Below are positions 16,195 through 24,946 of a stretch of 64,000 nt of DNA, piece by piece. Origin of the DNA: an uncultured Gammaproteobacteria bacterium (GTDB lineage Bacteria; Pseudomonadota; Gammaproteobacteria; Steroidobacterales; JBCCMA01); contig CAZXCL010000003.1 in assembly GCA_964639265.1 (NCBI GenBank), positions 733 through 64,732 of the forward strand, written 5' to 3'. Numbering within the stretch: the stretch's first letter is position 1; every line of letters starts with the position of its first letter. A program made the translations under genes and the position numbers. Under the pieces are notes generated by a model. That model saw only the letters and a program-made list of their open reading frames with translations. It did no database searches and was not told where the DNA came from.

Positions 16195-18875
16195 TGGATA
16201 CGACGGACGAGATGAGCGAGGGCGAACGCGTCGCGGCCTTCCTGATGGGCAGCGGACCACGCCATCGCAGCAGTGCCCCGGAGCCGGCGCTATTGCCGCA
16301 TCTGGCGGCCTACTTGTGTCACGACTTCAGTATCGAAAAAGTCTTGCAAACCGCGCGTGATCTGGGGCTTTACGGCGGCGCGCCGCCGCCCTGGCCGGCG
16401 TTGTTCTACAGCACGCTCACGGCCGCCTGCACACGACCCGAGCTGGTGGCGCATCTGCGAGAGTTTTCCGGCATCCCCGAGATGCTTCTGCGCGTCGGCA
16501 GTCTGCCGCAGTCCCCGGCACAGGCCGACACCGCGGCGTGGCTGGAGCAATGCTGGGATGAACCCGATGCGATGGGCAGTGATTTTCCATCTTATGCGGG
16601 CGCAGCTCAGGTGCTGTGCGCTCAGCCGTCCGACATGATTGCCACCACGCTTGACGACGCGCGACTCGACCCGGCGCAGCTCGATCCGGAGTCTGTGCGC
16701 TGCTTGCTGGTAGCGATGCGCCAGATTGGTCGGGCGCCGGAGAACAGCTGGATCCGGCGGGCGCTGGATTCAGGCGCTGGCCAGCATCAGCGCTGGACGC
16801 GTCTGGCCCACGTGTTGCCGGATCTGCCCGCCGCCGAGCGCGCGCGCTATGCCGATGAACTGGCCTCGGCTGAGCTCGACGACCGCTATCCGCCGGACTA
16901 CCGGGCCATGGTTGTGTCGCGTATTGCGCCGTTCGTTTCGTCGCGCCGAGCGTTTCATTATCGAGCGCTGACTGCTGAGATGGACCCGGTGTGGGTCGAG
17001 CAGATTGACGGGCTGCTCGGTGCCGGCTGGCCAGAGACGCTCTGGGCTGACGTCATGCGCGCCCATCCCGAACACGACATGTTTCGCAACGTCGTGCGTC
17101 CTCACGAAACCACCGAAATGGCGCCGTATGAGATCGAAAATCGCTACGGCGCGGCCCAGATGGCGATGAATCCCGGTGAGCCGGCCACGCGCGGCGGTGC
17201 AGGTGAGGAAACCAGCGCGCCGCCACCGCAGCCCGTACCCGTCGATCCTGCTGCGCCGGCCACGCCCCGCGCGCTGCAGGCCAACGTGATGCTGGATGAC
17301 GATATGCAGGAGGTCAGCGCGTTTGTTGCCAATGCCCCGCACGTGGTGGATGTGTCGATCGGGCGCGGCGCCAGCGTGGTGGCGGATGTGGCGTTTGATG
17401 AAACCGTGTTTGATGAGACCGATGCAAAGTGGCTCAAGCTGCCGGTCTGGCTGCACTACGATGGCCAGACGCAGAAAGACGTTTTGCGCGTGCCGCGCGA
17501 TGCCGCTCGCAATTCCAAAGAGGTCAGCTTCAACATCCGGGCGCCGGCGACGGGTCGGGTCAAGGCGCGGCTCTACGTGATGCGACCGGGCGGCGGCTTG
17601 CTGCTGCAGAGCGCCGTCTTGCTCGGTGACGTAGTGGCCGATGCGGCCACTGCCGTGGGTCATTCGCCAGGTCTCGAACTCAATGTGGACGTGCATGCGG
17701 GCGAACTGAACGATCCGCTGTCTTCGCCCACCGGAGGCGTGGTTGATGGCAGCGAGCGCGACGGTCAGGTCATCGGTGATGACGCGATGGTCGATCTGGA
17801 TGTCTCGAGCCTGCACGGTTATCTGTCGAAGCTGGTTGTGGAAATCGAAACGGCCGCCGACCGCCGCAAGTACGATGACAAGGCCATCGACGAGGCGCTG
17901 GCCTCGCTGGCGATCGCAGGACAAGCCCTTCGCGCACGCTTTGCCGGTGCGCTTGGTCCGCTCATGGATAAACCGGTGATTCAGGTGCTCTCGCCGCGCG
18001 CCGGCGATCTGCTGCCCCTTGAGCTGGTGTACGACGGCGATCCGCTGGCCTCGGATTCCACGGTCTGCCCAAACTGGCGTGAGGCTGTGCGTGCGAACGA
18101 CTGCAGCGGCTGCCCGGCGGCCGACGGCTCGCCGCACGTATGTCCGCGCCGTTTCTGGGGTGTGCAGAAAGTCATAGAGCGGCGCAGCGCCGGCGGCGGC
18201 CAGGGTTTTCAGGTGGGAGCGCATCCCACCAGCGGCCGACCTGCGTTGCGACCGATTGCCGGGGCTGCCGTGGGTGCGTCCGGGCGCGTGGAAGAACAGG
18301 ATGTTGCCAAAGTGCGCGACAAGGTTGCCAGCGCCTTTGGTGTCGATACCCAGCAGGCGGTCGACTGGGACAGCTGGCGCGTGCTTGTAAACGATCACAC
18401 GCCCGAACTTCTGGTTGCGATGCCCCACGATCACTACATCGCCAACGAGCTGAGCTCGGCACTGATGATGGGCGAACCCGAAGACGCCGATTTCGCGCCA
18501 CCGGCCACGGCGTTGGTCTCTGGCAGCGTCCGCAAGGACGTGGTGCACACCGAAAACGCGCTGCCCGGACCCATCGTATTTCTGCTTGGCTGCAACACCT
18601 TGTTCAAGGAAGGTCAGATCGTCAGTTTCGCCGATGAGTTTCGCGACAACGGTGCAGCGCTGACCATCGCCACGATGGGCAAGCTCGTGGTCGAGCAGGC
18701 GCCCGAGGCGGCCGATGTGTTGCTGGATGTGCTCGCGCAGCGACCCGACGGCATCGATACACTCGGCCAGGTGTTGCTCAAGGCGCGGCGCGAATTACTT
18801 GCCAACGGCATGATCATGGCGTTGTTGCTGGTCGCCAACGGCGATGCGAACTGGCAACTGCCAGCCCAGGAGTAA
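16194..18875 (+). CDS. Large cytoplasmic CHAT-domain protein with an unassigned about 560-aa N-terminal region
   Basis: Its ATG overlaps the upstream TGA (16192-16196). The C-terminal third reads like CHAT: VIQVLSPRAGDLLPLELVYDG, LLVAMPHDH (His 18426-18428 or 18432-18434) and IVFLLGCNT (Cys 18591-18593). A Cys cluster C-x11-C-x2-C-x9-C lies at 18066-18143. Confidence 0.6.
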   Translation: MDTTDEMSEGERVAAFLMGSGPRHRSSAPEPALLPHLAAYLCHDFSIEKVLQTARDLGLYGGAPPPWPALFYSTLTAACTRPELVAHLREFSGIPEMLLRVGSLPQSPAQADTAAWLEQCWDEPDAMGSDFPSYAGAAQVLCAQPSDMIATTLDDARLDPAQLDPESVRCLLVAMRQIGRAPENSWIRRALDSGAGQHQRWTRLAHVLPDLPAAERARYADELASAELDDRYPPDYRAMVVSRIAPFVSSRRAFHYRALTAEMDPVWVEQIDGLLGAGWPETLWADVMRAHPEHDMFRNVVRPHETTEMAPYEIENRYGAAQMAMNPGEPATRGGAGEETSAPPPQPVPVDPAAPATPRALQANVMLDDDMQEVSAFVANAPHVVDVSIGRGASVVADVAFDETVFDETDAKWLKLPVWLHYDGQTQKDVLRVPRDAARNSKEVSFNIRAPATGRVKARLYVMRPGGGLLLQSAVLLGDVVADAATAVGHSPGLELNVDVHAGELNDPLSSPTGGVVDGSERDGQVIGDDAMVDLDVSSLHGYLSKLVVEIETAADRRKYDDKAIDEALASLAIAGQALRARFAGALGPLMDKPVIQVLSPRAGDLLPLELVYDGDPLASDSTVCPNWREAVRANDCSGCPAADGSPHVCPRRFWGVQKVIERRSAGGGQGFQVGAHPTSGRPALRPIAGAAVGASGRVEEQDVAKVRDKVASAFGVDTQQAVDWDSWRVLVNDHTPELLVAMPHDHYIANELSSALMMGEPEDADFAPPATALVSGSVRKDVVHTENALPGPIVFLLGCNTLFKEGQIVSFADEFRDNGAALTIATMGKLVVEQAPEAADVLLDVLAQRPDGIDTLGQVLLKARRELLANGMIMALLLVANGDANWQLPAQE

Positions 18876-18880
18876 AACCA

Positions 18881-19972
18881 ATGAAGATCTACCAACTTGA
18901 AATGTTGCCCGCCGCGGAGGGCGACGCGCTGCTTCTGACCTACGGTGACAGCGAACACCCGCGACATGTGCTGATCGATGGCGGTCGGCGCTCCACCTAT
19001 CCGCTCTTGCGTGAGCGCATTCTGGAAATCCCGCTAAACGAAGACGGCAAGCGCTACTTCGAGCTTCTGATTGTTTCGCACATCGATGCTGACCACATTG
19101 AGGGCATCATCGGTTTGCTCCAGGACGACGAGCTTGAGTGCGAATTCGGCGATATCTGGTTCAACGACTTTCAGCATCTCGAGCCGCTGGTTGCCGGTGA
19201 AATGCCGACGCATCTGGGTGCCAAGCAGGGCGAGTTTCTGGGTGCCCTGCTGCATCATCTGGATTTGCCCTGGAACGAGCATTTCCAGGGCGGCGCTGTC
19301 GTCATGCCGCCCGAGCCGCACCCGCTGCCGCGTATTGAGCTTGCCGATGGACTCACCCTTACGCTGGTATCACCGAGCATCGAGTCGCTGATCAAGCTGC
19401 GCAAGAAATGGAACAAGGTCATCGAGGCGGCGGGGTTTGTGCCTGGCAACCGCGAGGCCGCGCTGACGCAGTTTGGCGACAAGGCCTGGACACGGTTGTT
19501 GACCCATCTTGGCACCGATCGCAAGCGGCCGACCAACGATCACAGTGAGGCCAACGGGTCGAGTATTGGGGTGGTTGCTGAGTACGAGGGACATCGACTG
19601 CTTTTGTCGGGTGATGCCTGGCACAAAGTCCTTCATCCAGCGCTCGTTCGCTGGCGCGATGAGCACGAGCCGGATGCCGAGCGAGTAAAACTCGATGCCT
19701 TCAAGCTGCCGCATCACGGCAGCAAGAACAACATCAACGACAAGCTGATGGCCGTTATCGACTGCCCGCGCTATCTGGTCTCCACCAGCGGATCGCGGTT
19801 TCGTCATCCCGATGTGCCGGCCATCGAGACGATCATGGACCACCATCACGGCGATGAAAAACCCGAGCTGTGGTTCAACTACACTTCTAAACACAACGAC
19901 TTCTGGGCCAACGAGGCTCGCGTGGTCACCCGCTACGGCGATGACGCCGTGTTCAGGCTAAACATCGACTAG
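18881..19972 (+). CDS. MBL-fold metallo-hydrolase (ComEC-C-terminal-like)
   Basis: AGGAG lies 10 nt upstream. Motifs are HxDxDH (SHIDADHIEG, 19079-19096), a later LLLSGDAW, KLPHHGSKNN and STSGSRFRHPD. Confidence 0.75.
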   Translation: MKIYQLEMLPAAEGDALLLTYGDSEHPRHVLIDGGRRSTYPLLRERILEIPLNEDGKRYFELLIVSHIDADHIEGIIGLLQDDELECEFGDIWFNDFQHLEPLVAGEMPTHLGAKQGEFLGALLHHLDLPWNEHFQGGAVVMPPEPHPLPRIELADGLTLTLVSPSIESLIKLRKKWNKVIEAAGFVPGNREAALTQFGDKAWTRLLTHLGTDRKRPTNDHSEANGSSIGVVAEYEGHRLLLSGDAWHKVLHPALVRWRDEHEPDAERVKLDAFKLPHHGSKNNINDKLMAVIDCPRYLVSTSGSRFRHPDVPAIETIMDHHHGDEKPELWFNYTSKHNDFWANEARVVTRYGDDAVFRLNID

Positions 19973-19985
19973 AGGATCAACGGAC

Positions 19986-20993
19986 ATGACGATCAAGGTA
20001 AACGGCGAAGACAAGCGGTTGGGACTGGCGCTTTCGGGCGGCGGATTTCGGGCGGCTGCATTTCATCTGGGCGTGTTTCGCAAGCTCGAAGCGCTGGGGC
20101 TTTTGTGGAAGGTGGATCTTCTGACCTGCGTGAGCGGCGGCAGTATTGCGGGTGGCTTTCTGGCGCTCAACTGGGGCAAGGACGATGCGCTTGATCGGCT
20201 CGAGGCCTATCTCAAGACCAAATCCATTGCCGTGTCGTCCGTGCTTGGCGGCATCTTCAACCCGTTTGAGACGCGGCTCGAAAGGCTGGCTGCCACGTAT
20301 GACAAGCATCTGTTCCATGACGCCAGGCTCGAGGATCTGAGCGGCGGGCCGCGGATTTATTTCAACGCGACCAACCTCGCCACGGGCAACATGTTTTTCT
20401 TTGTGGCCGGCGAGAACAAACCCACCGAGCTGGGCGAATGGCAGCTTGGCCAGAACGCAGGCGGCACCTTCCCGCTGAGTCATGCCGTAGCAGCCTCATC
20501 AGCGTTCCCGCCGGTGTTTCCACCGTTGCGCATCGATCAGGATCAGTTTGATGGGGACGTGGACTTCGTCACGCTGACTGACGGCGGTGTGTACGACAAC
20601 CTCGGCGTTAATCCGGTGTTTCGAAAACGCAACGCGCTGGATTTTGTGATCGTCAGCGATGCGGGCAAGCCGTTTGCCATTGATGAGACGCCGACGGAAA
20701 AAGGCGCCATCGTGCTCAAGGAGGCGCTCGGTATCCTCATGGAGCAGGTGCGCGGGCTGCAGTTTCAGCGACTGGCGCTGTCGCATGAGGCGGGCCACGG
20801 TCCCAAGCCTTTGTGGTTTTCAATCAACAGCGTCGAGGGCGAGCAGCAGCCGGGTGATGCCACCTTTGCCTCCAGCGTCGGCACAAATCTCAAAAAGCTC
20901 AATGACGCGGAGATGGAGGTGCTGGGCCGCCACGGCGGTGCCCTGCTTGAGCATCGCATGCGCGAATATGCGCCGGAGATGCTTGGCGGCTGA
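19986..20993 (+). CDS. Patatin-like phospholipase
   Basis: GAGGA RBS. Oxyanion motif LSGGGFRAAAF (20037-20051), nucleophile elbow CVSGGS (Ser 20133-20135) and catalytic Asp motif LTDGGVYDNLG (Asp 20580-20582). Confidence 0.85.
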   Translation: MTIKVNGEDKRLGLALSGGGFRAAAFHLGVFRKLEALGLLWKVDLLTCVSGGSIAGGFLALNWGKDDALDRLEAYLKTKSIAVSSVLGGIFNPFETRLERLAATYDKHLFHDARLEDLSGGPRIYFNATNLATGNMFFFVAGENKPTELGEWQLGQNAGGTFPLSHAVAASSAFPPVFPPLRIDQDQFDGDVDFVTLTDGGVYDNLGVNPVFRKRNALDFVIVSDAGKPFAIDETPTEKGAIVLKEALGILMEQVRGLQFQRLALSHEAGHGPKPLWFSINSVEGEQQPGDATFASSVGTNLKKLNDAEMEVLGRHGGALLEHRMREYAPEMLGG

Positions 20994-21320
20994 TCAGCCT
21001 GATGATTCGACGCTTACTTCGACAACGCCCTCGTCGCTGACCCGGGTCGGATAGACCGACAGATCGCCGCGCGCGAGCTGGCCGTTGGGCTTGCCCGTGC
21101 GCACGTCAAACATGGCGCCGTGCAGCGGACAGATCAGTCGAAAACGCCGCAGGCGCGCACCTTCGAACGTGGCTTTGGCGTGCGTGCACTCATTGGAGAC
21201 GGCGTGAAATTCCTCGCCGATCCTGCACAGTACAATCGGGGTGCCCGCCGCTGTGGTGCACAAAACACCGGACTCGGGCATTTCGTTGGCGGGAATAACA
21301 GGCTCAAAAGTGGCGCTCAC
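20994..21320 (-). CDS. Rieske [2Fe-2S] ferredoxin component of an oxygenase system
   Basis: 108 aa with CTHAKATF...CPLHGAMFD. GTG start behind AAGGA. Its stop abuts the patatin gene stop with zero intergenic bases. Confidence 0.85.
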   Translation of the reverse strand: MSATFEPVIPANEMPESGVLCTTAAGTPIVLCRIGEEFHAVSNECTHAKATFEGARLRRFRLICPLHGAMFDVRTGKPNGQLARGDLSVYPTRVSDEGVVEVSVESSG

Positions 21321-21335
21321 GGGGCATCCTTAAAA

Positions 21336-21355
21336 AAAACAGTCATGATTGTTTT
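21336..21355. promoter_or_regulatory. Palindromic operator candidate, site 2 of 3 (AAAACAGTCATGATTGTTTT)
   Basis: 19 of 20 matches to the ideal palindrome. It lies 16 nt upstream of the ferredoxin start (-) and 57 nt upstream of the ABM start (+). Confidence 0.6.
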
Positions 21356-21371
21356 ATTCTCAAAAACGCGA

Positions 21372-21380
21372 TGCTACCAT
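21372..21380 (+). promoter_or_regulatory. Extended -10-like element TGCTACCAT
   Basis: It lies 16 nt downstream of operator site 2 and 32 nt upstream of GTG 21412. An identical 9-mer sits in the same relative position at 38919-38927. Confidence 0.4.
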
Positions 21381-21411
21381 CTTTCGCAGCGTGTAATTCG
21401 AGGAGTGTGCT

Positions 21412-21705
21412 GTGCTGACGTTTCTTTCAAGAATGACCGTCAAGGCGGAAAAAGAAGCCGAATATCTGGATCTGGTGGCCAAGCTAACCGAAGCGGTGCG
21501 CGCCAACGAACCCGATACGCTGCAATATCAGTTTTATAAGCTGCGCGATCAGCCGCTGGGCTACGCTGTCTTTGAGTCGTTTACCAGCGAAGAGGCGGAA
21601 AAAGCGCATCTGGATACGCCGCATTTTCATAAATACGCGCCGCCGATGATCGAGTGTCTCGATGGCGAGTACGTACGCGAATATCTCGACGATCTGCCCG
21701 GCTGA
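21412..21705 (+). CDS. ABM-domain (antibiotic-biosynthesis-monooxygenase-like) protein
   Basis: 97 aa with GAGGAG RBS and GTG start. The sequence YQFYKLRDQPLGYAVFESFTSEEAEKAHLDTPHF is a typical ABM/YgiN-like pattern. Confidence 0.7.
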   Translation: MLTFLSRMTVKAEKEAEYLDLVAKLTEAVRANEPDTLQYQFYKLRDQPLGYAVFESFTSEEAEKAHLDTPHFHKYAPPMIECLDGEYVREYLDDLPG

Positions 21706-21711
21706 CTGGTC

Positions 21712-23379
21712 GTGCATTCTCCGGGCGACGATTTAAGAACCAGCCGCATTCGCGCTACCACTCTGGGCGACTTGTTGTTGACGGCGGCCGACTCGGTGCC
21801 CGAACACACGGCGGTCGTGTTTCCCGAGCAGCGTCTGACCTATGCGCAGCTCACCGAGGCATCGCTCAAGGTCGCACGCAGCCTGCATGCGCTGGGCGTG
21901 GGGCGTGGTGATCACGTTGGCCTGCTGCTGCCGACCTGCGCGGAGTTTCTGGAAGCCATGTTTGGCGCGAGCCTGCTTGGCGCCGTGGTGGTGCCGATCA
22001 ATGCGCGCTTTCGTCCAATGGAAATTGCCTACGTAACCGGCAACGCTGATCTCAAGGCCATCGTCACAACCAACAAGTTTGTGGACGTGGTCGACTTTTG
22101 CGGTCGGCTGCACGAAGCGCTGCCGGGCTTGAAAGAAGCACGCGATGCAACCTCGCTGTCGCTGCCCGATTTTCCGCAGCTCAACGCGGTTGTGTCGCTG
22201 TCCGGCGACGCAGTGGCCGGCCTCGTGGATCGCCCTGCGTTTGATGCGCTGGCCGCGAGCATCGATGAAGACGAGGTGCATCTGCGGCGACTGCAAACCC
22301 GTCTGGGATCCACTGCCCTGATTCTTTATACCTCGGGCACCACCTCGAACCCCAAGGGCTGCATGATCAGTCACGAGTCGATGGTGCGCAGTTCCATCGC
22401 GCTCGGTCGTCGGTACGAAGTGGGACCCAAAGACAGCTTCTGGTCGCCACTGCCGCTGTTTCACATCGCGGCGATTCTGCCACTGGTGTCTATTTTTGAT
22501 CAGGGCGGCACGTATATTACGGCCGAACATTTCAACGCCGGCGAGGCGCTGAAGATGCTCGAGCAGGAGAAGGCCACGCTGACGTATCCGTGCTTCTGGA
22601 CGATCATGGGCGATCTGGTGCAACACCCGGATTTTGCCAGCACGGACCTGAGCAATATCCGTCTGATGAACGCCAACTTTGCGGTTCAGCCGGCCGCGGT
22701 GGGCGAGACAATGGAGTCAACGCTGCCCGACATTTGCTATGTCGGCACCTTTGGTATGACGGAGACCGCCGGCACCGTGACAACCGGGCGCATAGGCGAT
22801 AGCAAAACCCATCGCTATACGCGCCTGGGTACGCCCTTGCCGGGTCTTGAGGTCCGCATTCTCAATCCCGAAACCGGCGAGGAAGCGGCGACCGGCGAGA
22901 AGGGTGAATGTCTGATTCGCGGTTACAGCACGTTCGATCGCTACTACAAAGCGCCGGAGAAAACCGCCGAAGCCCTGGACGACGAGGGCTGGTTCCACTC
23001 AGGCGACATCTGCTCGATCGATGACGACGGTCAGCTTATGTTCCACGGCCGACTGAAAGACATGCTGAAAGTTGGCGGCGAAAACGTGGCCGCGGCGGAA
23101 ATTGAATCGTGTCTGCAGCAGCACGAGGCCGTGACACTGGCGCAGGTGGTCGGTGTGCCCGATCCGCGCTACCAGGAGGTTGCCGCGGCGTTTATCCAGT
23201 TCAAGGAAGGCATGAGCGCCGATGAGCAAGCCCTCATCGCCCACTGCAAGGAGCGCATGGCCAGCTTCAAAGTGCCGCGCTATGTGCGCACGGTCACTGA
23301 ATGGCCCATGTCGTCCACCAAGATTCAGAAATTCCGTCTTGCCGACCAGCTCATCGAAGAGCTGGGTCTTGGTGAGTGA
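21712..23379 (+). CDS. AMP-dependent acyl-CoA synthetase/ligase
   Basis: AMP-binding signature LYTSGTTSNPKGCMISH, then GMTET, GWFHSGD and LKDMLKVGGENV. Confidence 0.9.
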   Translation: MHSPGDDLRTSRIRATTLGDLLLTAADSVPEHTAVVFPEQRLTYAQLTEASLKVARSLHALGVGRGDHVGLLLPTCAEFLEAMFGASLLGAVVVPINARFRPMEIAYVTGNADLKAIVTTNKFVDVVDFCGRLHEALPGLKEARDATSLSLPDFPQLNAVVSLSGDAVAGLVDRPAFDALAASIDEDEVHLRRLQTRLGSTALILYTSGTTSNPKGCMISHESMVRSSIALGRRYEVGPKDSFWSPLPLFHIAAILPLVSIFDQGGTYITAEHFNAGEALKMLEQEKATLTYPCFWTIMGDLVQHPDFASTDLSNIRLMNANFAVQPAAVGETMESTLPDICYVGTFGMTETAGTVTTGRIGDSKTHRYTRLGTPLPGLEVRILNPETGEEAATGEKGECLIRGYSTFDRYYKAPEKTAEALDDEGWFHSGDICSIDDDGQLMFHGRLKDMLKVGGENVAAAEIESCLQQHEAVTLAQVVGVPDPRYQEVAAAFIQFKEGMSADEQALIAHCKERMASFKVPRYVRTVTEWPMSSTKIQKFRLADQLIEELGLGE

Positions 23380-23418
23380 CGGCGTCGAATAGTCAAGCGC
23401 AACCGGAGGAGACCGAGC

Positions 23419-23706
23419 ATGGTGTTTATCGCACTTCTCAAAGTAAAAAAAGACAAAGTAGAGCAGTTTGAGGCTGCGCAGAAAGAGCTGTCCGAACTCA
23501 CGCACAAGCACGAGCCGGATACCTACGTCTACGATCTGATCAAGCAGAAAGACGATCCACTGACCTACATCTGCTACGCCCGCTTCAAGGACCAGGCCGC
23601 ATTTGATCATCACATGCAGACCGAGTTTCACGATCGTCTGGTGCCGCCCATCCTCGACAGTCTTGCCGAAGAAATGGAGCTGACGTTCTACGAGCACGTC
23701 GCCTGA
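23419..23706 (+). CDS. ABM-domain protein, paralog of 21412..21705
   Basis: 95 aa with GGAGGAG RBS. Contains YDLIKQKDDPLTYICYARFKDQAAFDHHMQTEF. Confidence 0.7.
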   Translation: MVFIALLKVKKDKVEQFEAAQKELSELTHKHEPDTYVYDLIKQKDDPLTYICYARFKDQAAFDHHMQTEFHDRLVPPILDSLAEEMELTFYEHVA

Positions 23707-23716
23707 CATCTGCCTA

Positions 23717-24919
23717 ATGGATCAGGCGACCAACGACCGCATTCTTGCGGGCATGAAATACGAGAATGATCGCGACGCGCCGCCGCCGGGGTTTCCGCGT
23801 TTGCCTCGTATTCCTGCAGGTCGCTATCTTGATCCGGAGTTTCTGCGGCTTGAGCGCGACGCGATGTGGCGTTCGTCCTGGCTCTACGCGCTGCATATTG
23901 ATGAGCTGCCGGACAAGGGCAGCTATCGATTGTGGGAGCGCACCGGTTCGCCGATCCTCATCGTCAATGCCGGGGATGGCGAATACCGCGCGTTCTACAA
24001 CACGTGCGCGCATCGTGGCGCGCCGCTGGTGCAAAACGCGAGCGGCTGCAAGAAGTTGCTGGTGTGCCCGTATCACGCGTGGAGCTACGACCTTGAAGGG
24101 CGTCTGAAAGCCGTCCGCGACCCGCGTGACTTCCCGGATTTCGATATGAGCCGCTACGGCCTGACCCGGGTGCGTTGCGAACGCTTTGGTCCGTGGATAT
24201 TCATCAATGAGGATCCGCAAGCGGGCCCGCTTGCCAAGGCGGTTGCGCCGTTTGCTGATCACTGGTCATCGCTCGACCCGGACAATATGGCGCACATTCA
24301 TACCTCGAGTCATGAGGTGCCCTGCAATGTGAAAGTGCTGCTCGATGCGTTCATGGAGTCCTATCACATCGCATCTATTCACAAACAAACCGTGAACCGC
24401 TTCCTGAATCATCTGGGCACCTATATCGAGCTCTATGACGGCGGCAACATGCTTATGGTTACGCCGCAAAAACGCGAAGACTGGGAAGACCCCGGTGCCA
24501 AAGGCATGGCGCGAATACCGACGGCAACCATGGTGCAGCGCGTGCACAACCCCTCGTGTCATTTTTTTCCCAATCTGGTCGCGCCGGTCTCCGACAGCGG
24601 TGTGCCGTTCCTGACCTTCTGGCCCAAAGACGACAACACCATGGTCATCGACAGCCACTGGTTTGGTCCGCGCGCATCGCAAGATCATCCGAACTGGAAG
24701 ATCCGGGTCGACAACTGGGAACGGATTCTCGATGAGGATCTGCAGTTTGCCGGCGACATTCAAAAGTCCATGGAGTCGGGCGGTTTCAAGGGTCTGGCGC
24801 TGTCGTATCAGGAGCGTCGAATCTATTTCTGGCACGAAGAGGTGGACCGCCGCATCGGTCCAGATCGGGTCCCACAGACCCTGCGCATCAAGCCGCTGCT
24901 CGACGATTACGTGCGCTAG
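23717..24919 (+). CDS. Rieske-type oxygenase, alpha subunit
   Basis: CAHRGAPLV...CPYHAWSYD, then MESYHIASIH. No beta subunit gene is present. Confidence 0.85.
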   Translation: MDQATNDRILAGMKYENDRDAPPPGFPRLPRIPAGRYLDPEFLRLERDAMWRSSWLYALHIDELPDKGSYRLWERTGSPILIVNAGDGEYRAFYNTCAHRGAPLVQNASGCKKLLVCPYHAWSYDLEGRLKAVRDPRDFPDFDMSRYGLTRVRCERFGPWIFINEDPQAGPLAKAVAPFADHWSSLDPDNMAHIHTSSHEVPCNVKVLLDAFMESYHIASIHKQTVNRFLNHLGTYIELYDGGNMLMVTPQKREDWEDPGAKGMARIPTATMVQRVHNPSCHFFPNLVAPVSDSGVPFLTFWPKDDNTMVIDSHWFGPRASQDHPNWKIRVDNWERILDEDLQFAGDIQKSMESGGFKGLALSYQERRIYFWHEEVDRRIGPDRVPQTLRIKPLLDDYVR

Positions 24920-24946
24920 GGCGCCTGGCCCCGTTACACTGCGTTC

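Noticed and set aside
16770-18548. 592-aa ORF on the minus strand
   Set aside because: It is antisense to the large CHAT gene. It is Arg/Gly/His-rich and low in complexity, with no RBS context. I treat it as a shadow ORF.
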